Assembly: GCA_002011475.1 (NCBI GenBank)
Contig: MTNP01000008.1
Location: 74,980-138,979 of the forward strand
Length of the DNA stretch: 64,000 nt
Source: Dehalococcoides sp. JdFR-54
GTDB lineage: Bacteria > Chloroflexota > Dehalococcoidia > JdFR-54
Direction: 5' to 3'
Part shown: piece after piece, positions 1 through 10,525 of the stretch
Numbering within the stretch: the first letter of the stretch is position 1
Layout of the letters: each line of letters begins with the position of its first letter
The notes under the pieces: generated by a model
The model's input: only the letters and a program-made list of their open reading frames with translations
Told to the model about the DNA's origin: nothing
Databases searched by the model: none
Translations under genes and position numbers: made by a program

Positions 1-3
1 GAA

Positions 4-567
4 TTGTTGTTGGCTTTGAGAAGCAGCGGGGGCAGAAAGCTGGAGAAGCTCTTTGGGGCAGGGAGGGAGGACGAGACTCACCCTGGTGGAAGACGGCCGG
101 TGGTGCCGACAACGATGTTCCAGCAGATTTGGGATATGGGGCGGCGAATCAAGGAGGAGGTGCATAGTAGGCAGCTTCGCCAGCGAGCCAAGGGCGGCAA
201 GGTCTTGCTGCTATCGACGGATGTGCACGAATATGCCAAGTTAATAATGGGGATGACCTTGAGAGAGGCAGGGGTTGAGGTGATAGACCTGGGCCACAGC
301 GTTGACCCAGGTCGGATCGTAAAAGAGCTCCTGAGAGGCAAAGTGGATGCGATCGGCATAAGCACCCATAACGGAATGGCGCTGACCTATGCGAGGGGCC
401 TCCTTCAGGAAATGAGAGACCACGATCTGGAAATTCCTATCTTCATGGGGGGGAGGTTGAACGAAATGACGGGAGAGGGCTTACCTCGGGATGTGACCGC
501 TGAGCTCGTGGAGTTAAAGGTCATCCCCTGTAGTGATGTCTTCGATATGTTGGAGCGCTTGCCCTAG
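4..567 (+). CDS. cobalamin (B12)-binding domain protein, 5'-partial (mutase/methyltransferase-type C-terminal domain)
   Basis: DVHEYAK variant of the DxHxxG motif, followed by IGISTHNG and IFMGG Rossmann motifs; runs in from the window edge. Confidence 0.75.
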   Translation: MLLALRSSGGRKLEKLFGAGREDETHPGGRRPVVPTTMFQQIWDMGRRIKEEVHSRQLRQRAKGGKVLLLSTDVHEYAKLIMGMTLREAGVEVIDLGHSVDPGRIVKELLRGKVDAIGISTHNGMALTYARGLLQEMRDHDLEIPIFMGGRLNEMTGEGLPRDVTAELVELKVIPCSDVFDMLERLP

Positions 568-592
568 GCGGGCAATCTGAGGGCTCCATCAT

Positions 593-2608
593 TTAGGAAT
601 AGGCTTCTTGGATTAGAACCAGGGGGTGGATTGCCTTCCTATTAGCCCCCTGTTCCAACTGCATCTTGCAGGCACCGCACTCGGTAGCCACCAGTTGGGG
701 GGCGATCTGCTTTATCTCCTCAAATAGCGGGGCGCCGACCTCCATAGAGAGGTCATAGCGATCGGGTTTGAGGCCGAAGGTGCCAGCCAGGCCACAGCAA
801 CCCCTGTCCAGCGCAATGACGGAGAGTCCCGGTATGCAGCGCATCAGCTCTACAGGCTCTCGCTGGATGCCTTGGGCCCTCAAGTGGCATGGATTGTGGT
901 AAGCGACTGAGAGTGGCATTGCCCTCAGGTTGGCATCGAGTTTGCCCCTTTGATGCCAGGCCAGCAGATATTGACTAAGGTCATATGTCCTTTCCGAAAC
1001 TAGCTTGGCCTCCTCGTTATCCAGCAACCAGGGGTACTCGCGCTTCAGGGCCAAACCGCAACTGGGACAGCTTACCAGGATATCACGGCCTTCTTTCGCC
1101 AGAGGCGTGAGCCGACCAATCAGGCTGGCTGCATCCTGGCGAGCTCCATCAAGATGGCCGTGGGCGATCTTGGCCATGCCACAGCATTGCTGCCTGACCA
1201 GGACTACATCGCAGCCATTTCTGTATAAGATCTGAATGGCCGCCCTGCCAACCTGGGTGTCATAGTAGCTGGCAAAGCAGCCCGCGTAGTAGGCTACCTT
1301 GGCGGCGTTTCCCTTCGGCCAGTGGCGAGAGCGGAACCAACTTTCCAGAGTGGCGTAGTGCAGGCTCGGGAGCCTCCGCCTTCTATCGATGCCGATGACC
1401 TTTTCCAGACCCAGCTTACCCCATCTATTATGTAGGACCAGATTGGTTAGCGGAGCGGCTAGTCTCCCCATGCTGACCAAGGATGGAATGTTGGTTAATA
1501 TCTTGCCTCGCTGAGACGGAACCCTGGCGACATAGGTTGCCTTGGCTTTGGATACCAATTTGGGAATATCGATGTTCAGGGGACAGTCGAGGCGACACGA
1601 TTGACAGTGGAGGCACAGCTCCACCGAGGCGTTGCTTCCAGCCAGGAATGACCATAGGTAGTCCTTCGGGTAGCGCCCCAGGTTCTTGCCGAAGAAGCGA
1701 TAGGTGGGACATCGCTTCAAACACCCCCGGCATGATATGCAGTGGAGCAGTTCCCTAAAAGGGCTCTGGGCGATCCGGCTTCTGCCGTTGTCCAAGAGCA
1801 AGAGGTGTATCTCCCTATCCAGGTCCGAGCTCTCCGCAGCGCTGCCCAGCAGGTCTGCCCCCACCCCCGCGGCATCCCCCAATTCCAAGTCCAACAGAAT
1901 GCCCTCCATGCCGAAAACGCCAGCGCACTTAGTCTGGAGCAGAGCGGCATCTCTGTCGGCCACTATTTTCTCTATTCCTATCACCAGGATGAGCTTCCTG
2001 GCCTGGCGCAGCATAGCGGCTATATTGGTCGAGTGTTGCAACAGAAATATGGAGCCATCCTCGGCAGCAGCGGCATTAACCCCCAATAGGGCTACAAAGT
2101 CCTTCACGGGCCCATTTGCCCCCTTAGCCTTGAGCACGGAACGATCGGTACAGTGGAATGAATCCCAGAAGGACTCGCTCGTCACATGGGGCAGTTGCCA
2201 GTGGTGCTCTAACCTGTTCTTGAGCTGGGTCGGCCGCCGGAATTGGGGGAGGTAGGTATCCACCAGAGTATAGCCCATGGCCACCAGGCCCGGCCGCAAC
2301 TCGTTAACCGTGGCCGACTTACTGGTGGCTATCTCCCTGGTCTCCAACAATACGCTGCCCAAGTAATTGAGGGCCTGAGCGGCGTTTTCTGCGAACACAA
2401 CACGGACCCGGGCGTAGCTGCTGGCGCTTTGCTGAAATCTATAAGAGAGGGAGGCCATGCTGTCCACCGAGGACTCGCGGAACTGTTTGAGGCGCAGCCG
2501 GATCTCCTGCCAGCTTATCCCCACACCACCGCCCCCTATGACTTGGGCCAACCGGCGCCCCTTCCCCCTGGGGGCTAGTTCAACCAGTCCAATGGGGAGA
2601 CTTTCCAT
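593..2608 (-). CDS. LUD (LutB-like) domain + 2x[4Fe-4S] + two CCG domains (GlpC/HdrD-like) fusion oxidoreductase
   Basis: GVNAAAAEDGS/LLLLDNGRS LUD motifs; CISCRGCLKRCP and CLHCQSCRLDCP; YYAGC..QQCCG..SCPSC and YHNPCH..GCCG..TECGAC. Confidence 0.8.
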   Translation of the reverse strand: MESLPIGLVELAPRGKGRRLAQVIGGGGVGISWQEIRLRLKQFRESSVDSMASLSYRFQQSASSYARVRVVFAENAAQALNYLGSVLLETREIATSKSATVNELRPGLVAMGYTLVDTYLPQFRRPTQLKNRLEHHWQLPHVTSESFWDSFHCTDRSVLKAKGANGPVKDFVALLGVNAAAAEDGSIFLLQHSTNIAAMLRQARKLILVIGIEKIVADRDAALLQTKCAGVFGMEGILLDLELGDAAGVGADLLGSAAESSDLDREIHLLLLDNGRSRIAQSPFRELLHCISCRGCLKRCPTYRFFGKNLGRYPKDYLWSFLAGSNASVELCLHCQSCRLDCPLNIDIPKLVSKAKATYVARVPSQRGKILTNIPSLVSMGRLAAPLTNLVLHNRWGKLGLEKVIGIDRRRRLPSLHYATLESWFRSRHWPKGNAAKVAYYAGCFASYYDTQVGRAAIQILYRNGCDVVLVRQQCCGMAKIAHGHLDGARQDAASLIGRLTPLAKEGRDILVSCPSCGLALKREYPWLLDNEEAKLVSERTYDLSQYLLAWHQRGKLDANLRAMPLSVAYHNPCHLRAQGIQREPVELMRCIPGLSVIALDRGCCGLAGTFGLKPDRYDLSMEVGAPLFEEIKQIAPQLVATECGACKMQLEQGANRKAIHPLVLIQEAYS

Positions 2609-2622
2609 GGGCTGACGATTGT

Positions 2623-4548
2623 CTAGGCTGGCTCATCAGGTGCCTTGGGCAGCCTGTGGCGCCTTTCCAGGTCGTCGGCCACATCCCGCAGCCCCCTCCG
2701 CTCCAGGGTTTGCCGTGTCGGGATGCCGGTGGCCACATCCCAGTCCCTGAGGGCATAGTATTCGCTTTTGAGCCCTTCCAGCTTGTCCTCTTCCACCAGG
2801 CCACCCTTGCGCGGCCCCTCAGACACCACAGTATTGAGGAATCTCTTGGGGATTCGGTCTTGCTCTCGGGTGAGGCCTTCCCGACAATCGTAGGCCCTTT
2901 CCAGGTCAATCACTCTCTTGATCGCTTCAAGCATCGCCTCCGGACTGGTGGAAAGGCCAGTGCCCGCTGAGTAGAGCTCAGCCCACCACCCCGATGGCAT
3001 GCCCTCAGCGAACTCGGTAGTTAGCCACTTACAGATGCCGAGGCAATCGGCCAAGGCCACGTTGTCCTGGGCCTCGATTAAGGTGGCGGCCCTGCCCTTG
3101 TAAGGGTCGGTGGGGGCTTCTTGAGCCTTCTCCGCAGCGGTGGCAGCTTCCCCGGCGTAGAGGTTTTCCCACCCCGCCACCAGCTCCGGCAAAGGAGACC
3201 CCTTTTGGGTATCGCCTCTGGGGCTTACGGCGGCAGAGAGGGCATAGCCCGCCGAAGAATTGTAGGGGTAGTTGGTCAGAGGCAACCCCTTGACATGCAT
3301 GGCGAACTCCTGGGAACCCCTGCCGATCCTTTGGGCAGCCAACACCGGGCCATCAGCCAGGACATCGCCAAAGCCCTCCCGGTGAACTATCTTGTGGCTC
3401 ATTTCCAGAATTGCTTTCCCGCTTCCCCATTCCATAGGGATACCATCGGTATCCTTTGTGGTGATAATGCCCCTTTGGTAGAGTTCCATAGCCCAGGCTA
3501 GCATATCGCTCAGGGAGACAACATCGATCCCCTGCCTTTGACAGAGGATGGCCGACTCATACCAGATATCCATATCCGTGAGCATGGTGGCCCAAGGCAT
3601 GCCGAAGTAAAGCATACAGGAGACCACCCCTCCCCCTATCCCCGGGAGGTGGTAGACATCCATACACTGGAGGGGGCAGCCAAAGCAACCCGCCTTCCTG
3701 AGCAGGTGCTTCTTCTGGAAGGCATATGGGGAAACATCCTTCTCTCTATCCCAGGCAGACCTCTGAAAATTCGCCACCAAAAGCTGGCCAGCGTGGGTAA
3801 GGGATTCATCTGTTATCCTGGCGGTACCATAATTCTTCCATTCCAGGGCGGTACGATTCTGTAAAAGCTTACTGCGCACCTCCTCTGACTTGGCCAGGAA
3901 CTCACCCGCGTTGGCAAGCTTAAGGCCCTTGGTCCCCCTGATGGCTATGGCCTTGAGCTTCTTGGAGCCCATGACCGCCCCGGTGCCAGTGCGGCCCGCA
4001 CCATGCCCCAGGCCACTTTGCACCGTGGCGTAGCGCACCACGTTTTCGCCAGCAGGGCCGATGCACAGAACCTTAAGCTCTGGGTCACCTAGCTCCTGCC
4101 GCAGGAGTGTCTGGGCCGTGTAGGTGTCCTTTCCCCAAATACTGGAGGCATCCTTTATCTGAACCTCGTCGTTATTGACGGAGATATAGACCGGCTGATC
4201 CGCCTTGCCGGTGATGGCGATATGGTCGTAGCCCGCGAATTTGAGCTCGGCGGCAGCATGTCCGCCTATGCTGGCGAAACCGATGAGACCCGTCATGGGG
4301 GACTTGGCCATGACATCGATGCGGCTTGAGCCCGGGCAGGCGGTGCCACTCAAGGGACCTGTGCCGAAGAGAAGGAGGCTTTGCGGGTCTAGGGCATCCA
4401 CCTCCGGGGGAACACGGTCATAGAGTAGCTTGCCATTGATGCCCCTGCCTCCTAAGAACTGTCTGGAGAAGGAGCTGGTGGGCTCTTTAGAGACCTGTTT
4501 GGTGGAGAGGTCGATGAGCAGGATGGAGCCGGCGTAGAGGTCAGACAT
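2623..4548 (-). CDS. aor: tungsten-dependent aldehyde:ferredoxin oxidoreductase family protein
   Basis: FLGGRG, KSPMTG, CIGPAGEN, AGRTGTGAVMGSKKLKAI, CFGCPLQC, DCLGIC, C-terminal WD..TGIP. Confidence 0.9.
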   Translation of the reverse strand: MSDLYAGSILLIDLSTKQVSKEPTSSFSRQFLGGRGINGKLLYDRVPPEVDALDPQSLLLFGTGPLSGTACPGSSRIDVMAKSPMTGLIGFASIGGHAAAELKFAGYDHIAITGKADQPVYISVNNDEVQIKDASSIWGKDTYTAQTLLRQELGDPELKVLCIGPAGENVVRYATVQSGLGHGAGRTGTGAVMGSKKLKAIAIRGTKGLKLANAGEFLAKSEEVRSKLLQNRTALEWKNYGTARITDESLTHAGQLLVANFQRSAWDREKDVSPYAFQKKHLLRKAGCFGCPLQCMDVYHLPGIGGGVVSCMLYFGMPWATMLTDMDIWYESAILCQRQGIDVVSLSDMLAWAMELYQRGIITTKDTDGIPMEWGSGKAILEMSHKIVHREGFGDVLADGPVLAAQRIGRGSQEFAMHVKGLPLTNYPYNSSAGYALSAAVSPRGDTQKGSPLPELVAGWENLYAGEAATAAEKAQEAPTDPYKGRAATLIEAQDNVALADCLGICKWLTTEFAEGMPSGWWAELYSAGTGLSTSPEAMLEAIKRVIDLERAYDCREGLTREQDRIPKRFLNTVVSEGPRKGGLVEEDKLEGLKSEYYALRDWDVATGIPTRQTLERRGLRDVADDLERRHRLPKAPDEPA

Positions 4549-5056
4549 GACTATACCTGCCCTTTGGCGTGACAGCGGCCATTTTCAGGAACTCGAGGAA
4601 TTTTTCCAGGTGCGCCCTCTTGAGCCTGATGCTAACCTCATCGGCTTTGACGAATTGAAGGCAGCCAGTAGGGCAGAACCTGACACAGATGGGGTCGCCA
4701 TCGCATAGGTCGCAGCGGGGCGCGATGCCTTTGGCCCGGTCAACATAGGTAGCCCCGAAGGGGCAAACATAGACGCAAGCGCCACAGGCAATGCATTTAT
4801 CTGGGTCAGTGAGCCTGGCCCCGGTCCGGGGGCTGGGATAGATGGCATCGGTGGGGCAGATAGCCTGACAAGGGGCGTTCTCACACTGCATACAGGTAAC
4901 AGGGATGGTTATTAGGGTGCCCTCCTCCTCCGAGGCGATGATGCGAATCCTGGATTTCTCGGGATGACACTCGTGTTCGTGGAAGAGGGCACACACACTT
5001 TCGCAGATGCGGCAGCCGTGGCAATTGGTGGGATCAATGGTCAGCACATACTCCAT
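4541..5056 (-). CDS. 4x[4Fe-4S] ferredoxin-like subunit (DmsB/AorA-like)
   Basis: Four Cys clusters CHGCRICESVC, CMQCENAPCQAICP, CIACGACVYVCP, CDLCDGDPICVRFCP; ATG at 5056 chosen; overlaps the aor start. Confidence 0.88.
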   Translation of the reverse strand: MEYVLTIDPTNCHGCRICESVCALFHEHECHPEKSRIRIIASEEEGTLITIPVTCMQCENAPCQAICPTDAIYPSPRTGARLTDPDKCIACGACVYVCPFGATYVDRAKGIAPRCDLCDGDPICVRFCPTGCLQFVKADEVSIRLKRAHLEKFLEFLKMAAVTPKGRYSHV

Positions 5057-5166
5057 GGCCCTAATTCTACACTCTTGCTCCAAACGAAATCAACCGCCGT
5101 CGCTTGACGCCTAACCCTGGCCGCATTATAATGATGGCCAAAGCGAGGACCGGCGGAGGGGGTTTC

Positions 5167-6288
5167 ATGAAGAGATCGGTCTTTGAATATATGGAGCAGT
5201 ATGGACACGAGCAGGTGGTATTCTGCCGTGACCGAGAAGCTGGGCTGCGAGCCATTATCGCCATTCATGATACCACCTTGGGGCCAGCGACTGGGGGTAC
5301 TCGCGTCTGGGCCTATGAGTCCGAGGAAGAGGCCCTCATAGATGCTCTGAGACTGTCCCACGCTATGACCTACAAGTATGCGGCGGCTGGCATAAACCTG
5401 GGTGGCGGCAAGACAACGATAATCATCCAGCCCGGTGAGAAGACGAGCGAGGCATTGTTTAGGGCCCTGGGCCGGTTCATTGATAGCCTGGGCGGGAGAT
5501 ACATAACCGGAGAGGATGTGGGCACCACCGCCGGGGATTTGGAGTATATCAATATGGAGACCGACTTCGTGGTGGGTTTGCCAGCGGAAAGCGGCGGCAG
5601 CGGGGGCCCATCGCCCTATACAGCCATAGGGGTGGTGGAGGGAATGAAGGCCTGTTGCCAAGAGGTATATGGCAGCGAATCCTTGAGAGGCAAGGGGGTC
5701 GCCGTTCAAGGGGTGGGCAATGTGGGCCGCCATCTGGTTAAGATCCTGGTGGAAAACGGTGCCAGCGTGGTAGTTGCCGATATAGATGAGCAGAGGGTGA
5801 AAGGGGTGGTAGATGAGTTCGGGGTGGGCAGGGTGGGCCCCGATGACTTCTATGGGGTAGAATGCGACATCTTCTCACCTTGTGCCCTGGGGGCGGTTCT
5901 CAACGACGAGACGATCCCCAGATTGAGGTGCAAGGTCGTAGCCGGCTCGGCCAATAACCAGCTTGCTGAGGCGCAACACGGGGACATGTTACACGAAAGG
6001 GGCATCCTCTATGCCCCTGATTTCATCATCAATGCTGGAGGCACCATCGCCGATACCGACCAGCTGGAGGGGGGGTTCAATGCGGAACGAGCCAAGAAGA
6101 AGGTAGCCAGGGTCTACGATAACATTGCCAAGGTAATCGAGATATCGAAACGGGATGGCATTCCCACATCCCGGGCGGCTGACAGGCTAGCTGAGGAGAG
6201 GATTGAGAGAATGAGCCATCTTAAGAGGATACGGGTGAAAATGCCCAAAAAGATCGCCAGGGCAGCGGACATATTCCCCAGAAGATGA
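5167..6288 (+). CDS. Glu/Leu/Phe/Val dehydrogenase (leucine dehydrogenase-like)
   Basis: [54 protein letters not shown]; ATG 5167 preceded by GGAGG. Confidence 0.92.
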   Translation: MKRSVFEYMEQYGHEQVVFCRDREAGLRAIIAIHDTTLGPATGGTRVWAYESEEEALIDALRLSHAMTYKYAAAGINLGGGKTTIIIQPGEKTSEALFRALGRFIDSLGGRYITGEDVGTTAGDLEYINMETDFVVGLPAESGGSGGPSPYTAIGVVEGMKACCQEVYGSESLRGKGVAVQGVGNVGRHLVKILVENGASVVVADIDEQRVKGVVDEFGVGRVGPDDFYGVECDIFSPCALGAVLNDETIPRLRCKVVAGSANNQLAEAQHGDMLHERGILYAPDFIINAGGTIADTDQLEGGFNAERAKKKVARVYDNIAKVIEISKRDGIPTSRAADRLAEERIERMSHLKRIRVKMPKKIARAADIFPRR

Positions 6289-6324
6289 CGGTTGCCAAGG
6301 CTAATAACGCCAGGAGGTCGAAAA

Positions 6325-7506
6325 ATGAGGCAGAATGTGGTTTCCATCGTGAAGGGGCCCCAGGGTCCCGCAGAACAGGAGATAGACAGCATGGTGAGAC
6401 GGGCCATAGAGCTCGTCGGGGGCCTGAGCGGTATAGCCGGCCCCGGCGACACCGTGCTCATCAAGCCCAACCTGATATTGGCCAAATCTCCAGATACCGG
6501 GGCCGTCACCGATCCCAGGGTCTGCAAATCCGTGGCCAACCTGGTCAAAGAGCTAGGGGCCAGGCCGATAATAGCAGAATCTTCCGCCGTCGGCATAGAT
6601 ACCGAGCAGGCCTTCCAGGTGGCCGGCTACGATAGGCTGAGGGGCGAGGGCTATGAGGTGATAGACCTGAAGAAGGAGGAGACGGTAACAGTCCCCCTCC
6701 CCAAGGGGAAGTCGCTAAAAGAGGTGAGCTTCCCCAGGGTGGTAGTAGAGGCCAAGGCGATAATCAGTGTGCCCTCTATGAAAACCCATGACCAGCCCCC
6801 GGTAACCCTGTCCCTGAAAAATATGAAGGGCGTGCTGCCGGATACCTTCAAAAGAAAGTTCCATACCACCTTTGGCATCTTCCAGGGTGTGGCCGACCTG
6901 TGCACGGCGTTCAAGCCAGCCCTGGCCGTGGTGGATGGCATCATAGCTATGGAGGGCTTGGGCCCTATTTTCGGCGAACCGGTGGAGATGGACCTCATCA
7001 TCGCCGGCAGGGACCCGGTGGCCGTGGACGCCGTCACCGCCACCATAATGGGGGTTGAGCCTGGGGAGGACGGGACCATAAGCGCGGCGACGAAGTCACG
7101 AATAGGCATCTCAGACCTGAGCAAGCTCCAACTCGTTGGAGAACCCATTGCCAATGTCCAGCGCCGCTTTAAGCTTGCCGTGGAGGCCATCTATGAGACC
7201 GTGCCCCTCCCCAAGGGCTTCGAGCTGCTCTTGGCTGAGAAGGCGTGCACCGGCTGCCGCAATACCGTTCTCAGCGTCCTGGTGGATCTGAAGGAACAGA
7301 ATCAGTTGGACAGGGCAGCGGGCTGGTGCGTGATAGCAGGGAAGATCGATAAAGTCCCCGAAGTGGAGAGAGATTACCTGTTGCTGGCTGGCAACTGCAC
7401 GGCCAGATTTAAGCGGCGGGGGGTCTTTGTCCCGGGCTGTCCACCAAATAACAGGGATATAGCGGGGGGCATACTAAGGGAGGAGCAGGAGGCCCGCTGG
7501 GCTTGA
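6325..7506 (+). CDS. DUF362 domain Fe-S protein
   Basis: VLIKPNL, TDPRV, MKTH, SLKNMKG, DGIIAMEGLGP, DPVAVD; C-terminal CTGC, GNC and PGCPP. Confidence 0.85.
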   Translation: MRQNVVSIVKGPQGPAEQEIDSMVRRAIELVGGLSGIAGPGDTVLIKPNLILAKSPDTGAVTDPRVCKSVANLVKELGARPIIAESSAVGIDTEQAFQVAGYDRLRGEGYEVIDLKKEETVTVPLPKGKSLKEVSFPRVVVEAKAIISVPSMKTHDQPPVTLSLKNMKGVLPDTFKRKFHTTFGIFQGVADLCTAFKPALAVVDGIIAMEGLGPIFGEPVEMDLIIAGRDPVAVDAVTATIMGVEPGEDGTISAATKSRIGISDLSKLQLVGEPIANVQRRFKLAVEAIYETVPLPKGFELLLAEKACTGCRNTVLSVLVDLKEQNQLDRAAGWCVIAGKIDKVPEVERDYLLLAGNCTARFKRRGVFVPGCPPNNRDIAGGILREEQEARWA

Positions 7507-7559
7507 CGACGAGGTGAGGTGAAGACCAGGCGACTTGAGATTTAGGAGAAGAAGGCCGG

Positions 7560-7874
7560 GTGAGAATAACCAAACATCCTGTCATCCATTTTCCCGAGCG
7601 AAGACGGGTGAAGTTCCTCTTTGATGGCAGGGAAATAGAGGGTTTTGAAGACGAACCCATCGCTGCTGCCCTCATCGCCCAAGGAATAAGGGTGTTTAGC
7701 CGTAGCCCCAGGCACGGGCGTGCTCGGGGCTTTTTTTGTGCCATTGGCAACTGCTCCTCCTGTCTGATGCAGGTTGACGGCATCGCCAATGTCCGCATCT
7801 GCGTCACAAAGCTGGCTCCAGGGATGAGGGTGGAGACTCAAAGGGGAAGGGGGCATTTGGTTGAAAAGGACTGA
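7560..7874 (+). CDS. [2Fe-2S] protein (sarcosine oxidase alpha N-terminal-like / proline dehydrogenase small subunit)
   Basis: PIAAALIAQG, RGFFCAIGNCSSCLMQVDG..NVRIC. Confidence 0.85.
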   Translation: MRITKHPVIHFPERRRVKFLFDGREIEGFEDEPIAAALIAQGIRVFSRSPRHGRARGFFCAIGNCSSCLMQVDGIANVRICVTKLAPGMRVETQRGRGHLVEKD

Positions 7875-8952
7875 CATCGCCGTTTGCGGCAGCGGCCCGG
7901 CGGGACTATCGGCCGCTATCAGCGCCGCCTCCTTGGGGGCCCAGGTCACCCTATTCGAAAGGGAGGATGTTCTTGGGGGACAGCTAGTCAAGCAGATCCA
8001 TAAGTTCTTCGGCTCCGAGAAACAGTATGCCGCCACCAGGGGCATTGAAATCGCCCGAATCCTCGCCCGACAGGTGGAGGTCTCAGAGAACATCCAGGCC
8101 CTGCCGGGCACCACGGTTCTTGGTCGCTACAGGGATGGCAGCCTGATGGTGGAGCGGGGTCAATCCGTGGAGATCTGGCAGCCCCAGAGGCTAATCGTGG
8201 CCACCGGAGCCTCAGAGACTATGCTACCCTTCCCCGGTAATGACCTGCCCGGGGTCTACGGCGCGGGGGCGGTTCAGACCTTGATGAATGTCTACGGCGT
8301 TGCCCCGGGCAGGAGGGTGCTGATGGTAGGTGCCGGCAATATTGGCCTCATCGTGAGCTTTCAGCTATTGCAAGCCGGCATCAATGTGGAGGCGGTGGTG
8401 GAGGCAGCACCCCAGGTCGGCGGCTACCTGGTTCACGCCGCCAAATTGCGCCGCCAGGGGGTACCCATTCTCACCTCCCATACCATCAAGGAGGCTCATG
8501 GGGTCGACGGCGTGGAGGGGGCAACCATCGTCCAGGTCAGTGAGGACTGGCAACCCATAGACGGAACCGAGAGATTCCTCGAGGTTGATACCGTGTGTCT
8601 GGCAGTGGGCCTTTCCCCTCTGGCCGAGCTCCTGTGGCAGGCCGGCTGCCAGATGAGGTATGTCCCGGAACTGGGAGGGCATAGCCCCGTGAGGAACGAG
8701 CACATGGAGACAACGGTCAAGGGGGTTTATGCTGCCGGCGATGTGGCTGGGGTGGAGGAGGCGAGCACCGCCCTGCTCGAGGGGCAGATAGCTGGGCTGG
8801 CCGCCGCTGCCAGCCTGGGATACTCCAGCGAAGACCTGCCCCGGCTCCTGGACGAAGCCATGAGCGAGCTCGTTTCTCTCAGGGCCGGCCCCAGGGGAGA
8901 GAAGGTCCGACGGGGCATAAGCCAAGTGTTAAGACACGGGGAGACAGCTTGA
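7861..8952 (+). CDS. FAD/NAD(P)-dependent oxidoreductase (sarcosine oxidase / dye-linked proline dehydrogenase alpha-like)
   Basis: GSGPAGLSAA, IVATGA, FPGNDLPGVYGAGA, VGAGNIGL, YAAGDVAG. Confidence 0.85.
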   Translation: MKRTDIAVCGSGPAGLSAAISAASLGAQVTLFEREDVLGGQLVKQIHKFFGSEKQYAATRGIEIARILARQVEVSENIQALPGTTVLGRYRDGSLMVERGQSVEIWQPQRLIVATGASETMLPFPGNDLPGVYGAGAVQTLMNVYGVAPGRRVLMVGAGNIGLIVSFQLLQAGINVEAVVEAAPQVGGYLVHAAKLRRQGVPILTSHTIKEAHGVDGVEGATIVQVSEDWQPIDGTERFLEVDTVCLAVGLSPLAELLWQAGCQMRYVPELGGHSPVRNEHMETTVKGVYAAGDVAGVEEASTALLEGQIAGLAAAASLGYSSEDLPRLLDEAMSELVSLRAGPRGEKVRRGISQVLRHGETA

Positions 8953-9233
8953 AAGACACCATAATCGTCTGTCGCTGTGAAGATATAACCCTGGAGGAAT
9001 TGAGGAGGTATATCCTCCAAGAGGGGCTGAAGGACATCAACTCCCTGAGGCGAGTCTCCCGCTGTGGCATGGGCGCTTGCCAGGGGAAGACCTGCCGTCC
9101 CCTGGTGCTGAGGGAGCTAGCTACGGCCACAGGACAAAGGCCAGAGGACCTGCCTGTTAACGCCTTCAGACCCCCCACCAAACCCCTCGCCCTTAAATGC
9201 CTATTGAGGGAGGGAAATGAGAGCCAGGGCTGA
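8949..9233 (+). CDS. BFD-like [2Fe-2S] protein
   Basis: VCRCEDIT, RCGMGACQGKTC, RPP. Confidence 0.85.
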   Translation: MKDTIIVCRCEDITLEELRRYILQEGLKDINSLRRVSRCGMGACQGKTCRPLVLRELATATGQRPEDLPVNAFRPPTKPLALKCLLREGNESQG

Positions 9234-10368
9234 TGTGGTGATCATCGGTGGCGGCGTAGCTGGCTGCGCTATCGCCTACCACCTGGCCCAGAAGGGATGC
9301 AATAACGTTATCCTGTTGGAAAGGCACTACCTGACCAGCGGGGCTACGGGCACCTGTCCCGGCGGCATCAGATTTCAGTTGGCCACCGAGATCAAGGTCC
9401 AATTGGTGAAGGCCAGTGCGGAGATACTCCGACACTTGCGACAGGAGGCCCAATATCACCACGATTTGGAACTCAAATGGGGCGGTTATCTTATCCTGGC
9501 CTATTCTCCGGAGCAGCTTGAGATCCTGAGAAAGAATGTGGCGTTGCAAAGGAGCCTGGGGATTGGGGTGAATCTCATCACCCCAGAGGAGGCCCGGGAG
9601 ATAGTCCCCCAACTCCATACCGAGGGTTTGTGGGGGGCCGCCTTTCACGGCGGGGATGGGCAGGCCAGTCCTTTCCATGTCACCCACGCCTTTGCCCAGG
9701 CAGCTCAGCGCCGGGGCGTGGCCATCTGCACCAATACCGTCGTCACCGATATTCAGACAAGGGGGGACAGGGTTACCGGCGTCATCACCGATAAGGGAGC
9801 GATTGCGACCTCGAAGGTGGTCAATGCCGCTGGCCTCGAAGCTAACCGAATTGGTACGATGGTGGGTGTGGACATCCCCCTTAGCGCGGAGCGTCTCGAG
9901 TGTTGCATCACCGAGCCTGTGGAGCCCTTTATAGAGCCCTTTGTTATCTCCTTTTGGCCCTTCTTCGGCTGCCTGCAAAGGCCCACCGGAAACCTCTTCT
10001 TGATCGGGGCTGCCTCGGGGTTGCCTGAGGGCCTGGATGCCGAGCCGAGCTGCCAGTTCTTGCTCGAAGTAGCTCCCCTCTTGGTCAGGGCTCTTCCTGC
10101 CTTGAGGAATGCTAGCATCATCAGGCAATGGGTGGGGCTCGTCCCCACCAGCCCAGATGAGCACCCTATCTTGGGCCCGGTGCCACAAGTAAGGGGTTTC
10201 TATGTGGTGGCAGGGCTCTCCGGCCAGGGCTTCATGCTCAGCCCCATAATCGGCAAGCTAATGGCCGAGGCCATCCTCGGCGAGGAGCCATCCATCGCCA
10301 TTGACAAGCTGGATCTGGGCAGGTTTGAGAGGGGAGAGCGAATAGAGCCACCTTTCCCCCTGGTATAG
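9217..10368 (+). CDS. FAD-dependent oxidoreductase, DAO family (sarcosine oxidase beta / proline dehydrogenase beta-like)
   Basis: IIGGGVAG, SGATG..GGIR, VVNAAG, SPDEHPILG, GLSGQGFMLSP. Confidence 0.88.
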   Translation: MRARADVVIIGGGVAGCAIAYHLAQKGCNNVILLERHYLTSGATGTCPGGIRFQLATEIKVQLVKASAEILRHLRQEAQYHHDLELKWGGYLILAYSPEQLEILRKNVALQRSLGIGVNLITPEEAREIVPQLHTEGLWGAAFHGGDGQASPFHVTHAFAQAAQRRGVAICTNTVVTDIQTRGDRVTGVITDKGAIATSKVVNAAGLEANRIGTMVGVDIPLSAERLECCITEPVEPFIEPFVISFWPFFGCLQRPTGNLFLIGAASGLPEGLDAEPSCQFLLEVAPLLVRALPALRNASIIRQWVGLVPTSPDEHPILGPVPQVRGFYVVAGLSGQGFMLSPIIGKLMAEAILGEEPSIAIDKLDLGRFERGERIEPPFPLV

Positions 10369-10525
10369 CCTAAGCCTTTAGCCACAAAAGGCACAGGAAT
10401 GAGGATTCTCAGGAAAGACGATGCCCGAGAAGCCATCTTTATGGGCACGGCCATCCACATCGTGGCGGCAGCTAGGCAAGTCCACGGGGAAGCGAGGGGA
10501 TTGGGGACGAAGGCTGAACTATAGC

